Positions 39,975 to 53,205 of a stretch of 64,000 nt of DNA are shown here, piece after piece. Within the stretch, counting starts at the first letter, position 1. Every line of letters starts with the position of its first letter. Under the pieces are notes generated by a model. It saw only the letters and a program-made list of their open reading frames with translations. It ran no database searches and was not told the DNA's origin. The stretch lies in the NCBI RefSeq assembly GCF_963921235.1, contig NC_086097.1, forward strand, positions 233,494,001 to 233,558,000, given 5' to 3'. The stretch is from Mobula hypostoma (lineage: Eukaryota). The position numbers and the translations under genes are program-made.

Positions 39975-42355
39975 ATCAATGGGCTCCTGAAGATCCAAGT
40001 ACATAACATCCACCAATTCTCCTTGGTCTCTCCTGCTTGTTATTTCTTCAAAGAATTCCAACAGATTTGTCAGGCAAAACTTTCCCATGCTGAGTTTGGC
40101 CTGATTTATCATATGCCCCCAAGTGCCCTGATACCTCATCCTTAACAATCCATTCCAACATCTTCCCAACTACTTAAGCTAACCGGCCTATAATTTCCTT
40201 TCTTCTGCCTTCCTCCTGTCTCCCCCCACCCACACACACAACTTTCTTGAAGAGTGGAGTAACATTTTCAATTTTCCAGTCTTCCAGAAGCATGCCAGAA
40301 TCTATTGATTCTTGAAAGATTTTTCCACCATCTCTTCAGCTACCTTTTTTAGAACCATGGAGTGTAGTCCATATAGTCCAGATAACTTATCTATAGCACT
40401 GTCAGAACTTTCAGCTTCCCAAGCACCTTCTTCCTAGTAATATCAACTGCACTCACTTCTGCTCCCTGACACGCTCGAAATTCTGACATACTGCTAGTGT
40501 CTTCCACAGTTTAGACTGATACCAAATATTTATTCAATTTGTCTACCGTTTCCTTGTCCCCTATTATGATCCCTCCAGTGTCATTTTCCAGTAGTCTGAT
40601 ATCTACTCTTGCCTCTCTTTTACTTAGAATCAGAATCAGAATTGGAATCAGGTTTACTATCACCAGCATATGTCGTGAAACTTGTTACCTTTGTGGCAGA
40701 AGTACAATGCAATACATAATAAATACATTAAAAACTGTATTACATTAATTATATATGCTTATATTAAATAGTTAAGTTAAAATAAGTATTGCAAAAACAG
40801 AAATATTAAGGTAGTGTTCATGGTTCAATGTCTATTTAGAAATCGGATGGCAGAGGAGAAGAAGTTGTTCCTGAATTGCTGAGGGTGTGCCTTTAGGCTC
40901 CTGTACCTCCTTCCTGACAGTAACAACAAGAAGGCTCTTTATATATCTGAAAAACCTCTGGTATCCTTTTTGATATTTTTCACTAGCTTATCTTCATATT
41001 TCAACTTTTCCCTCGTAATGGCCTTTTAGTTGCCTTCTGTTGGTTTGTGAAGATTTCCCAGTCTTCTAGCTCCCCACTAATTTTTCTTCTATTATATGGT
41101 CTTTCTTTTGCTTTTATGTTGGTTTTGACTTCCATTGTCATCCAAGGTTGCTTCATCCTGCCATTAAAATACTTCTTCTATGGGATGTATGTATCCTGCA
41201 TCTTCCGACTTGCTCCCAGAAACTCAAGCTATTGCTGTACAGTCATCATCCCTGCTAGTGTGTCCTCTAGGCAACTTCGGCCAAGTCCTCTTTCATGCCT
41301 CTGTAATTCCCTTTACTCCACTGTAATACTAATGCAGTACATCTGATTTTAGCTTCTCCCTCACAAATTGCAGAGTTCATTACACAACACCCTATCCAGA
41401 ATTGCCTTTGCCCTAGAGGGTTCAACCACAAGGTGCTTTAAAAAGCCATTTTATAGGCATTCTACAAATTCCCATTCTTGGGATCCAGCATCAAACAGAT
41501 CTTCCCACAATACCTACAAGGACTCTACATCTTCCTATCCTATGTAACTTCTTTCAAAGGATTTGATTTATAGACAATAGACAATAGACAATAGGTGCAG
41601 GAGTAGGCCATTCGGCCCTTCGAGCCAGCACCGCCATTCACTGTGATCATGGCTGATCATCCACAATCAGTATCCAGTTCCTGCCTGATCCCCATAACCT
41701 TTGATTCCACCATCTGTAAGAGCTCTATCCATCTCTTTTTTGAAAGCATCCAGAGACTTGGCCTCCACTGCCTTCTGGGGCAGAGCATTCCATATATCCA
41801 CCACTCTCTGGGTGAAAAATTTTTTCCTCAACTCCGTTCTAAATGGCCTACTCCTTATTCTTAAACTGTGGCCTTTGGTTCTGGACTCACCCATCAGCGG
41901 GAACATGCTTCCTGCCTCCAGCGTGTCCAATCCCTTCATTTTTTTTTACCAGCAGAGCCACGCCACCCACTCTGCCTACCTGCCTTGCCTTTCAATACAA
42001 TGTGCATCCTTGGATATTAAACTTCCAAATATAATCTTCTTTCAACCACGATTGAGTGATGCCCACAACGTCATATCTGCCAACCTCTAACTGTGATAAA
42101 AGATCTGCCTTAATCTGTATTGTGCGTGCTTTCAAAGATAACACCTTCAGTCCTGTATTCTTCATCCTTTTTGATTTTGTCCCCATGTTACACTTCAAGT
42201 CATCCCACTGACTGCAATTTTGCCCTATTATCTGCCTGTTCTTCCTGACATTCTCACTACGTACTGCATCTGCATGTAAAACATCCCATCCTCAGCTCCT
42301 TCACTGTGGTTCCCATTCTTATGCCGAATTAGTTTGAACCCTCCCCTAACCCTAT
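39975..42355 (-). mobile_element. Degenerate CR1 ORF2 lacking its 3' end, with nested Rex-like (40625-40935) and CR1 (41570-41940) insertions
   Basis: LKVLSLKARTI..YDVVGITQSWL (endonuclease); CLTNLLEFFEEITS..VDVMYLDLQ. Nested pieces have (AGAATC)n and (AGACAAT)n tails. Confidence 0.82.
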
Positions 42356-42378
42356 TCCACAACCCATGGACTCACTTT

Positions 42379-42680
42379 GTTGGCACGTGGCCAAGTGGTT
42401 AAGGCGTCAGTCTAGTGATCTGAAAGTCGCTAGTTCGAGTCTCAGCTGGCAAGCTGGCAAGCTGGCAAGGCACTTAACCACACATTGCTCTGCGAGACAC
42501 TGGTGCCAAGCTGTATCGGCCCTAGTCCCCTTCCCTTGGACAACATCAGTGGCGTGGAGAGGGGAGACTTGCAGCATGGGCAACTGCCGGTCTTCCATAC
42601 AACCTTGCCCAGGCCTGCACCCTGGAAACCTTCCAAGGCACAAATCCATGGTCTCACAAGACTAATGGATGCCTATAATA
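42379..42680 (+). mobile_element. tRNA-derived SINE with 13-bp TSD
   Basis: Box A TGGCCAAGTGG, box B-like AGTTCGAGTC, (TAA)n tail; ATGGACT(C/G)ACTTT at 42366-42378 and 42681-42693. Confidence 0.82.
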
Positions 42681-44789
42681 ATGGACTGACTTTCATGGTC
42701 TCTACAACTCATGCTCTCAATATTATTTATTGCTATTTATTTATTAATATTAGTTGTAATTGCACAATTTCTCTTCTTATGTACAAACATTTGTTTGTAT
42801 TTCTTTGTTTGTGTGCAGCTTTTCATTGACTCCATTGTATTTCTTTATATATACTGTGAATGTCTGCAGGAAAATTAATCTCAGTGTAGTATATACATTC
42901 TTTTATAATAAATTTACTTTGAACTTTGACCTCTAATTAACGAGAATATTCACTCGCCTTGTTGACACACACAAGCACAGAGATGATCTATCGCTTGAAA
43001 TCATTGAGTGAAAATCGTTGCCTCAAAAGTTTTTGAAATTTAATTTCTTGTGTTCATTTAAAGTTTATTGATCGTGTTGCTCTTACAGCTCGAACAAATT
43101 ATGTTGGCATTGGTACTGCACTAAGCTGACAGGTGCTGTCACATAAAGTATGCTGCACGTCTATTAACTGCACAATGCAAAACAGTTTACAGAGTTAATG
43201 CAAAACAGTGGCATGACTTTGGCGAGAAGTTGAAGAGCAAAGTAAAAATCTTCCAGCAATGGCCTTAAAAGATGCATATGTTGACTGGGTGCACTTCTAT
43301 TTCAAAGAACTTAATTATTAAGCTTTAACATTTTTAACTCTTATTTTGGACAACTGAAATGACTTTTAATGAAAAAAAATTTATATTAAAAATTCCTCAG
43401 CTGGTAGTACAAGTTAATTGTGGGAAACAAGATGGCAAAGTTCAGAAACTGTGAAGTGTTCTATACGAAAAAATAAAGGAGCAGAGATTATGCAGTGCAC
43501 AGTGTACAGTAGATGCAGATTCAGATGTATTTATCAAGTACATCAAAGCATACAATAAAATGTGTCATTTCAAAGCTCAATGTCCAAGGTAAGATTATTA
43601 TCGAAGTACGTACAATATATGTCACCTTATACAACCTCAAATTCATTTTCCTGCAGGCATTCAGTGTAGATGCACAGAAACATAACAGAATCAATGAAAA
43701 ACTACACACAAAGGACAAATAACCAAGTGCAAAAGAAGGCAAACTGCTCATATACAAAGAAATAAAAAGCAAACAGGTAAGTAAATAAATAATTTTGAGA
43801 ACGTGAGTTATAGAGTCCTTGAAAGTGGGTCTGCAGCTTGCAAATGTTGCCACACATTCCAGCACCAACACAGCATGCCCACAATGCAACTTGGCCAATA
43901 AATATTCTTCAAGCTCAAGAATAATGTGTACTGTAAACTGATAGGAATTGTAATCAGATCTCATAAAGAGTGGTTAATTATATCTACATTATTGGAATAA
44001 CGCTTGCACTGTAAAGACAGCTTGTGGCCCACTAATCCAAAATTTGACACACATTTCGATGTCCCCATGTCCCCTAAGAAAGTAGAAGCCTATTGAATTG
44101 ATTCAAACATTTAGACGAGTAATCCAATTAAATAAAGGAACAAGAAGATTGTCATTGGAAATTTGGTTTGCACATCAGGAAGAGTTGCATAAATGGGGCA
44201 TTCCTTGTTAAGATGCATTAGTTAGTTTCAACCACAAAGAATTGGGTGAAGTTTTGAAGTTTGTATTTTCTCACCTGAAATATTGCCCCGTTGTCAAAAT
44301 ATAATTCCAATGAAACTCACATCCCCAATGAAGGGCATCAAAGGTTATGAGCAGAAGTCTGGAGAATGGGGTTGAGAGGGATTATAAAAAAAACATAATT
44401 CTTTTCCTTTGTCTTATGGTCTCATGGGCTTATGATGATTTCCACCAACCGCTGTTCCCTAATGCTTCTGATTGGCCCATGCACTAAAAAGGAAGAACCA
44501 TCCTCCAGCCTTAGTCCTCTTCTTTGAAAACTGCTCCATCTCTATCCTCACTACCCAGCCCACAAATTGTGTTTGTTAACCTTTTCTCTGGTCCTAATTA
44601 GGTTTAAGACCATTAGCCCTTTTGCTTCTTCAAATCCTGAAAAACCTTGGTTCTGGCAGCCCACTTTCTACCACAAAGTGTGCAATATTTTGTTAGCAAT
44701 CCATTGCAGTGATAAATCAGTACACACATTTGTAAAGAATCAAATTTCTACACCATTCTATTCTACTTCGGTGTAAGAAGAAGTATGAT

Positions 44790-47450
44790 ACGACCATAAA
44801 AGCATAAGATATAAGAGCAGAATTAGACCATTTGGCCCATCGAATCTGCTCCGCCATTTCATCATGGCTGATACAATCTTCCTCTTGGCCTCAATATCCC
44901 GCCTTTTCCCCGTATTCCTTCTTGCCCTGACCAATCAAGAATCTATCAGCCTTTGCCTTAAATATACATAAAGTCTTAGTCTCCACAGCTGCCTGTGGCA
45001 ATAACTTCCATAACTTCACTACTCTCTGGTTCTAAAAGGACATCCCTCTATTCTGAGTCTGTTGTTCTGGTCTTAGACACTCCCACTATAGGAAACATCC
45101 TCTCCACATCCACTCTATCAAAGCCTATCACCATTCCTTCTTCTGAATTCTAGTGAATACAGGCCCAGAGCCATCAAACGCTCTTCATATGACAAGACGT
45201 TCAATCCTGGAACCATTTTTGTGAACTTCTTTTGAACCTTCACCATATTCAGCACATACTTTCAAACATAAGGGACCCAAAACTGATCACAATACACCAA
45301 GTGAGGCCTCACCAGTGCTTTAAAAAGTCTCAGCATTGCATACTTATTTTTATATCCTAGTCCTCTTGAAATTAACACTAACATCACATTTGACTTCCTC
45401 ATCATGGACTCAGCCTGCAAATTAACCTTTAGGGAATCCTGCACTTGGACTTCTAAGACTCTTTGTGCCTCATTAATTTTGTATTTTCCCACTATTTATA
45501 AAATAGTCTACCCTTTCATTTTCTATCAAAGTGCATGACCATACACTTCCCGACACAGTATTCCATCTGCCACTTCTTCGCCCGTTCTCTTAATCTGTCT
45601 GTCCTTCTGTAACCTCTCTATTTCATCAAAACTACCTGCCACTCTATTTATCTTCATATCGTCTGTAAACTTTGCAAAAAAAAAAGCCATCAATTCCAAC
45701 GTCCAAATCATTGACGGAGAACATAAAAATAATCAGTCCCAACACAGACCCCTGTGGAAAACCGCTAGTCACTAGCAGTGAACCAGAAAAAGCTTTCTTT
45801 ATTCTCACTCTTTGCTTCCTGCCAATCAGCCACTGCTTTATCCAGACAAGAATTGTTCCTGTAATACCATGGTCTTGTAGCTTGTTAAGCAGTCTCATGT
45901 GTGGCACCTTGTCAAGGGCCTTCTGAAAATCCTTGTACACAACATCAACTGATTCTCCTTTGTCTAACCTGCATGTTATTTATTCAAAGAATTTCAACAG
46001 CTTTGTCAGGCAAGATTTTCCCTTGAGGAAACAATGCTGACTACAGCCTCAAGTACCCTGTGATCTCATCCTTAATAATCAACTCCACATCTTCACCACC
46101 ATTGAGAATAGTCTAACTGGCCTGTAATTTCTTTTCTTCTGCCTCACTCCCTTCTTGAAGAGTGAATTGACATATGCAGTTTTGCAGTCTTATGGAACCA
46201 TTCCAGAATCTAGTGATTCTTGAACGATTATTACTAATACCTCCACAATCTCTTCAGCCAGCTCTTTCAGAACCCCGGGGTGTACATCATCTGGTCCAGG
46301 TGACTTATCTACCTTCAGACCTTTTCATTGCCCAAGCACCTTCTCTCTAGAAATGGTAATTTTACACACTCCATGAGCCCTGACACCTGGAACTTGCACC
46401 ATATTGCTAGTGTCTTCCACAGTGAACACTGATGCAAAATACTTATTCAGTTCATCTGCCATTCCTTGGCCCCCATTACTACCTCTCCAGCATCATTTTC
46501 CAGTGGTCCAATATTCACTCTCACCTCTCTTTTACACCTTATGTATCTGAAGTAACTTTTGGTATCCTCCTTAATATTATTGGCTAACTGACTTTTGTAT
46601 TCTATCTTTACTTTCTTAATACATTTTCTAGCTACCTGTTGGTTTTTAAAAGCTTCCCAGTCCATTAATTTTGTATGCCCTCTCTTTGGCTTTTAAGTTA
46701 GCTTTGACTTTATTAGCCACAGTTGTGTCATCTTGCCTTTAGACTACTTTGGGGTGTATATATCTTGTGGTTCCGAATGGCTTCCAGAAATTCCAGCCAT
46801 TGCTGCTCTACCGTCATCCCTGCCAGTGTTTTTTTTTCCGATCAATTCTGGCTAACTCCTGTCTCATGTCACTGTAATTCAATATAGTCCACTGCAATAC
46901 TGAGACATATGTCTTTAGCTTCTCTTTCCCATATTTCAGGACGAATTCGATCATATTATGATCACTTTCCCCTAAGGGTTCTTTTACCTTAAGCTTTCTA
47001 ATTAATTCTAATTCATTGCAGAGCACCCAATCCAGAATAGCTGATCCTCTAATGGGCTCAACCACAAGCTGCTCTAAAAAGCCATCTCATAGGACTTCTA
47101 GAACTTTCCCTCTTGGAATCCAGCACCAACTTGATTTTCTTAATCTACCTGCATATTGAAATCTCCCATGACTATTGTAATATTGCTCTTTTGTGACGTA
47201 TATTCTACCTCCTGTTGTAATATGTGGACCACATCCTATGATTGCTTGGGGGTCTGTATACAATTCCCTTTATGTATTTTTACCCTTGCAGTTCCTTAGC
47301 TCTATCCACAATGATTCAACACCTTCCGATTCTGTGTCACCTCTTTTTAAAGATTTGATTTCATTTTTTTAACCAACAGAGCAACACTTACCCCTCTGAC
47401 TTCCTGCTTGTCCTTTAAATACAATGTGTATCCTTGGACATTAAGCTCCC
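44790..47450 (-). mobile_element. Degenerate CR1 ORF2 with 3' tail
   Basis: EPIRGSAILDWVLCN..GESDHNMIEF; DFQKALDKVPH..SGFPQGSVLG; ALVRPHLVYCDQFW. Confidence 0.88.
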
Positions 47451-47451
47451 A

Positions 47452-48745
47452 GCCATGGAGAGGCATAATAGGTTTAGGAAAAGTCAGCATGGCTTTATCA
47501 AAGGCAGGTCGTGCCGTACGAGCCTGATTGAATTTTTTGAGGATGTGACTAAACTCATTGATGAAGGTAGATCAGTAGATGTAGTGTATATGGATTTCAG
47601 CAAGGCATTTGATAAGGTACCCCATACAAGGATTATTGAGAAAGTAAGGAGGCATGAGATCCGTGGGGACATTGCTTTGTGGATCCAGAACTGACTTGCC
47701 CACAGAAGGCAAAGTATGGTTGTAGGTGGGACATATTATGCATGGAGGCCGGTGACCTCAGGTATGCCTCAGGGATCTGTTCTGGGACCCCTGCTCTTCG
47801 TGATTTTTATAAATGACCTGGATGAGGAAGTGGAAGGATGGGTTAGTAAATTTGCTGATGACACAAAGGTTGGGGGTGCTGTGGATAGTGTGGAGGGCTG
47901 TCAGAGTTTACAGCGGGATATTGATAGGATGCAAAACTGGGCTGAGAAGTGGCAGATGGAGTTCAACCCAGATAAGTGTGAGGTGGTTCATTTTGGTAGG
48001 TCAAATATGATGGCAGAATATAGCAAGACTCTTGGCAGTGTGGAGGATCAAAGGGATCTTGGGGTCCGAGTCCATAGGACACTCAAAGCTGCTATGCAGG
48101 TTGACTCTGTGGTTAAGAAGGCATACGGTGCATTGGACTTCATCAACCATGGCATTGAGTTTACGAGCCGAGAGGTAATGTTGCAGCTATGTCGGACCCT
48201 GGTCAGACCCCACTTGGAGTACTGTGCTCAATTCTGGTCGCCTCAATTTCGGAAGGATGTGGAAACCATAGAAAGGGTGCAGAGGAGATTTACAAGGATA
48301 TTGCCTGGAATGGGGAGCATGACTTTATTGGAATAGGTTGAGTGAACTCGGCCTTTTCTCCTTGGAGCGACAGAGGATGAGATGTAACTTGATAGAGGTG
48401 TACAAGATAAAGAGAGGCCTTGATCATGTGGATAATCAGAGGCTCTTTTCCAGGGCATGAGGGGGTATAGTTTCAAGCCACTTGGAAGTAGGTACAGAGG
48501 AGATGTCAGGGGTAAGTTTTTTATGCAGAGAGTGGTGAGTGCGTGGAATGGGCTACCAGTGGCAGTGGTGGAGGCAGATACGATAGGATCTTTTAAGAGA
48601 CTCCTGGATGGCTACTTGGAGCTTAGAAAAATAGAGGGCTATGGGTAAAGCTTAGGAAGTTCTAAGGTAGGAACATGTTTGGCACAGCTTTGTGGGCCGA
48701 AGGGACTGTATTGTGCTGGATGTTTTCTATGTTTCTCTGTTTCTA
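47452..48745 (+). mobile_element. 5'-truncated CR1 LINE
   Basis: [59 protein letters not shown] tail. Confidence 0.92.
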
Positions 48746-49014
48746 TTAGTTTAAATAGTTTGGCACAGACTCAATGGTCAGAAGGGCCTGTTTCTGAGCT
48801 GCACTTTTCTTTGACTGTGACTCTATTGCTTCTTTTATTTTGCAACTTGCTAGCTAGTTGTATACTTAGCAGGTTAATGCACGGAATTTCTGAGGATGCA
48901 CTTACCTCTAGCATTAGATCAGCAAAGTCTAACATAAAAACGACACACTCATTGTAAACCATACCTAAAAAAGTTATGTGGTTGAACAATTTCTATATGT
49001 TCAAAGTTTTCAAC

Positions 49015-49500
49015 TACACTCAGGGTGACTTTATTAGTGCGTCTGTATACTTGCTCGTTAATGCATATCTAATCAGCCAATCATGTGGCAGAAACTCAGT
49101 GCATAAAAGCATTAAATCGTTGTTCAGTCCAAACATCAGAAGATATGTGATCTACGTGACCTTGACCATGGAATGATTGCTGGTGCCAGACAGAGTGGTT
49201 TGAGCATCTCAGGAACTGCTGATCTCCCGGGATCTCCACACACAACATTCTCTAGAGAATGGTGTGAAACAAAGCGAGAAAACATCCAGTGAGTGGCAGT
49301 TCTGTGGGCAAGGATGCCTTCTTAATGAGAGAGGTCAGACTGGTTTGAGCTGACAGGAAGGCAACAGTAACTCAAGTAACCATGCACTACAAAAACAGTG
49401 TGCTGAAGAGTGTCACTGGACACACAGCACATCGAAACTTGAAGTGGATAGGCCACGGCAGCATAAACCACATAAATCACAAGACCACTTTATTAGGCCA
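49015..49500 (+). mobile_element. Second copy of the non-autonomous Tc1-like element
   Basis: Starts TACACTCAGGGTGACTTTATTAG and is colinear with 936-1454. Confidence 0.75.
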
Positions 49501-51220
49501 CTCCTTCAGCTAATAAGATTGTTCCTCAGAGTATTTGTCAGCATTTTAATGTGATTTTAATTAAGTTCACTTCCTTGCCTTTTATATCTATGTTAATAGT
49601 TTTTAGATTCTTTGAAAAACAAACTGTTACGAAGAATATTTTACGTTTGACAGGGGACGGCGTATCCATCAATAGACCTGCTACAGCAGGACATTCTGCA
49701 GTGTGAGAGACAAGTGGGAAGTATAATTATTAAAAATGTAAGCGTTCGTGCACTGGATTTTTTGCACGTCATAAGAGAACAATATAGCATGACTCAAGAA
49801 ATCTGACACATTAATTCCTTTGGCAACTTTTTCAGTGCTTGTTGTCTCCTGAACTCTACTAATAGAAGTTGATGACTGTCAAAGCAATTTCAAAAATTAG
49901 GCCCTGTCAGCTCCAAGTGCGCAATTCAAGCTGCATTATTCAAACAGGCATTTGTTGTCATTAGCAGGATAACCAAAGGTAGGAATATTAATTATTTTTT
50001 AAAGTGTGGGTATAATCTGTAAATAAATCTGAAGTGGTGTTTTAATCTACCAGGATAAATTGAAGGACAAGGCCACAGATAAAGCAGAATCACCAGCAAA
50101 CCCTTTCGGTAAACTCATGATTACTTATTGTTATTCTTCAGTATGTGAGTGTAAAGGAGAACAGAATGATTGCTATTCCAATCTGGTGCAAGGTAAAAAT
50201 ACACAATAACTATAAACGACACAATAAAAACAATTTTATGAAACATAATATAGAAATTACTGCTAAATAGATAGACGGCTTGTATTACAGAAAATGACAA
50301 TTGGTGATGTGTATGAAGTGGTGGGGTCGGGGGGGGTGGTTAATGATAGAGGTGTTGATTAGTCTGATGGTTTGGGAAAAGTAATCGTTTTTGAGTCTTC
50401 CAGAATAGCAACATAGAAACATAGAAAACTTACAGCACAATACAGGCCCTTCAGTACACAAATATGTCCTTACCAGAGAAATTACCTCGGGTTACCCATA
50501 GCCCTCTAGTTTTATAAGCTCCATGTACCTGTCCAGGAGTTTCTTAAAAGACCCTATCGTATCCGCCACCACAATCGTCGCTAGCAGCCCATTCCATGCA
50601 CTCACCACTCACTGCATAAAAAAACTTACACCTGACATCTCCTTTGTACCTACTTCCAAGCACCTTAAAACTGTGCCCTCTTGTGCAAGCCATTCCAGCC
50701 CTAGGAAAAAGCCTCTGCCTATCCACCCAATCAAAGCCTCTCATCACTTTATACATCTCAAACCGGTCACCTCTCATCCTCTGCTGTTCCAAGGAGAAAA
50801 GGCAGAGTTCACTCAACCTACTCTCATAAGGCATGCTCCCCAATCCAGACAACATCCTTGTTAATCTCCGCTGCACCCTTTCCAGAGTTTCCACGTCCTT
50901 CCTGTAGTGAGGTGACCAGAACTGAGCACAGTACTCCAAGTGGGATCTGACCAGGGTCCTATATAGCTGTAACATTACCTCTTGACTCTTGAACTCAGTC
51001 CCACGGTTGATGAAGGCCAATGCACCATATGCTGTCTTAACCACACAGTCAATCTGCGCAGCAGCTTTGAGCGTCGTACGGACTCGGACCCCAAGATCCC
51101 TCTGATCCTCCACACTGCCAAGAATCTTACCATTAATACTATAATCTGCCATCATATTTGAGCTACCAAAATGAAGCACCCCACAGTTCTCTGGGTTGAA
51201 CTCCATCTGCCATTTCTCAG

Positions 51221-51444
51221 ACACGTGGAAATCTGCATATGCTGGAAATTCAAACAAAACACACAAAATGCTGGTGGAACGTGGCAGGCCAGACAGCATC
51301 CATAGGAAGAAGCACAGTCGACGTTTCAGGTCGAGACCCTTCATCAGGATGACCTGACGAAGGGTCTCGGCCCGTAACATTGAATGAGCTTCTTCCTATG
51401 GATGCTGTCTGGCCTGCTGCGTTCCACCAGCATTTTGTGTATGT
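51221..51444. mobile_element. Fold-back Penelope-derived mini-element with 13-bp TSD
   Basis: Inverted arms about 51258-51347 and 51354-51444; TGCCA(T/C)TTCTCAG at 51208-51220 and 51445-51457. Confidence 0.85.
51315..51350 (-). ncRNA. Minimal hammerhead ribozyme motif
   Basis: Reverse complement ATC-CTGATGA-AGGGTCTCGACCT-GAAA-CGTC-GACTG: core intact, 5' strand of stem I shortened. Confidence 0.6.
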
Positions 51445-51837
51445 TGCCACTTCTCAGCCCAGTTTTGCGTCCTACCAATATCCCGTTGTAACCTCTGACA
51501 GCCCTCCACACTATCCACAACACCCACAACCATTGTGTCATAAGCAAATTTACTAACCCATCCCTCTACTTCCTCATCCAGGTCATTTATAAAAATCACA
51601 AACAGAAGGGGTCCCAGAACAGATCCCTGAGGCAGACCACTGGTCACCGACCTCCATGCAGAATATTACCCATCTATAATCGCTCTTTGCCTTCTGTGCG
51701 CAAGCCAGTTCTGGATCCACAAAGCAATGTCCCTTTGGTTCCTATGCCTCCTTACTTTCTCAACAAGCGTTGCATGTGGTACCTTATCAAATGCCTTGCT
51801 GAAATCCATATACACTACATCTATTGCTCTACCTTCA

Positions 51838-53205
51838 TGGAGTCAGTTATCAAGGATGTGATAACAGCACATTTGGAAAGCGGTGAAATGATCGGACAAA
51901 GTCAGCATGGATTTGTGAAAGGAAAATCATGTCTGACGAATCTCATAGAATTTTTTGAGGATGTAACTAGTAGAGTGGATAGGGGAGAACCAGTGGATGT
52001 GGTATATTTGGATTTTCAAAAGGCTTTTGACAAGGTCCCACACAGGAGATTAGTGTGCAAACTTAAAGCACACGGTATTGGGGGTAAGGTATTGGTGTGG
52101 GTGGAGAATTGGTTAGCAGACAGGAAGCAAAGAGTGGGAATAAACGGGACCTTTTCAGAATGGCAGGCGGTGACTAGTGGGGTACCGCAAGGCTCAGTGC
52201 TGGGACCCCAGTTGTTTACAATATATATTAATGACTTGGATGAGGGAATTAAATGCAGCATCTCCAAGTTTGCGGATGACACGAAGCTGGGTGGCAGTGT
52301 TAGCAGTGAGGAGGATGCTAAGAGGATGCAGGGTGACTTGGATAGGTTGGGTGAGTGGGCAAATTCATGGCAGATGCAATTTAATGTGGATAAATGTGAA
52401 GTTATCCACTTTGGTGGCAAAATTAGGAAAACAGATTATTATCTGAATGGTGGCCGATTAGGAAAAGGGGAGGTGCAACGAGACCTGGGTGTCATTATAC
52501 ACCAGTCATTGAAAGTGGGCATTCAGGTACAGCAGGCGGTGAAAAAGGCAAATGGTATGCTGGCATTTATAGCGAGAGGATTCGAGTACAGGAGCAGGGA
52601 GGTACTACTGCAGTTGTACAAGGCCTTGGTGAGACCACACCTGGAGTATTGTGTGCAGTTTTGGTCCCCTAATCTGAGGAAAGACATCTTTGCCATAGAG
52701 GGAGTACAAAGAAGGTTCACCAGATTGATTCCTGGGATGGCAGGACTTTCATATGAAGAAAGACTGGATGAACTGGGCTTGTACTCGTTGGAATTTAGAA
52801 GATTGAGGGGGGATCTGATTGAAACATATAAGATCCTAAAGGGATTGGACAGGCTAGATGCAGGAAGATGGTTCCTGATGTTGGGGAAGTCCAGAACGAG
52901 GGGTCACAGTTTGAGGATAGAGGGGAAGCCTTTTAGGACCGAGATTAGGAAAAACTTCTTCACACAGAGAGTGGTGAATCTGTGGAATTCTCTACCACAG
53001 CAAACTGTTGAGGCCAGTTCATTGGCTATGTTTAAGAGGGAGTTAGATATGGCCCTTGTGGCTACAGGGGTCAGGGGGTATGGAGGGAAGGCTGGGGTGG
53101 GGTTCTGAGTTGGATGATCAGCCATGATCATAATAAATGGCGGTGCAGGCTCGAAGGGCCGAATGGCCTACTCCGGCACCTATTTTCTATGTTTCTATGT
53201 TTCTA
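51838..53205 (+). mobile_element. Young 5'-truncated CR1, same subfamily as 14142-16212
   Basis: From ESVIKDVITAHLESG onward the ORF 51687-53108 is almost the same as 14233-15519; (ATGTTTCT)n tail. Confidence 0.96.

Noticed and set aside
42382..42450. tRNA gene
   Set aside because: No convincing acceptor stem or cloverleaf, and it continues into a SINE body with tail and TSD.
47434..47470. Twin-priming 5' inversion at the head-to-head CR1 junction
   Set aside because: The two sides overlap in RT coordinates, differ in subfamily, and each has its own 3' tail, so they are independent insertions.
50544..51380. 278-aa ORF with an unusual N-terminus
   Set aside because: Read-through from the Penelope palindrome into a CR1 remnant.
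51687..53108. 473-aa ORF as a novel RT fusion gene
   Set aside because: The first ~50 aa are the antisense strand of the host CR1, in frame by chance with a 5'-truncated CR1 insert.
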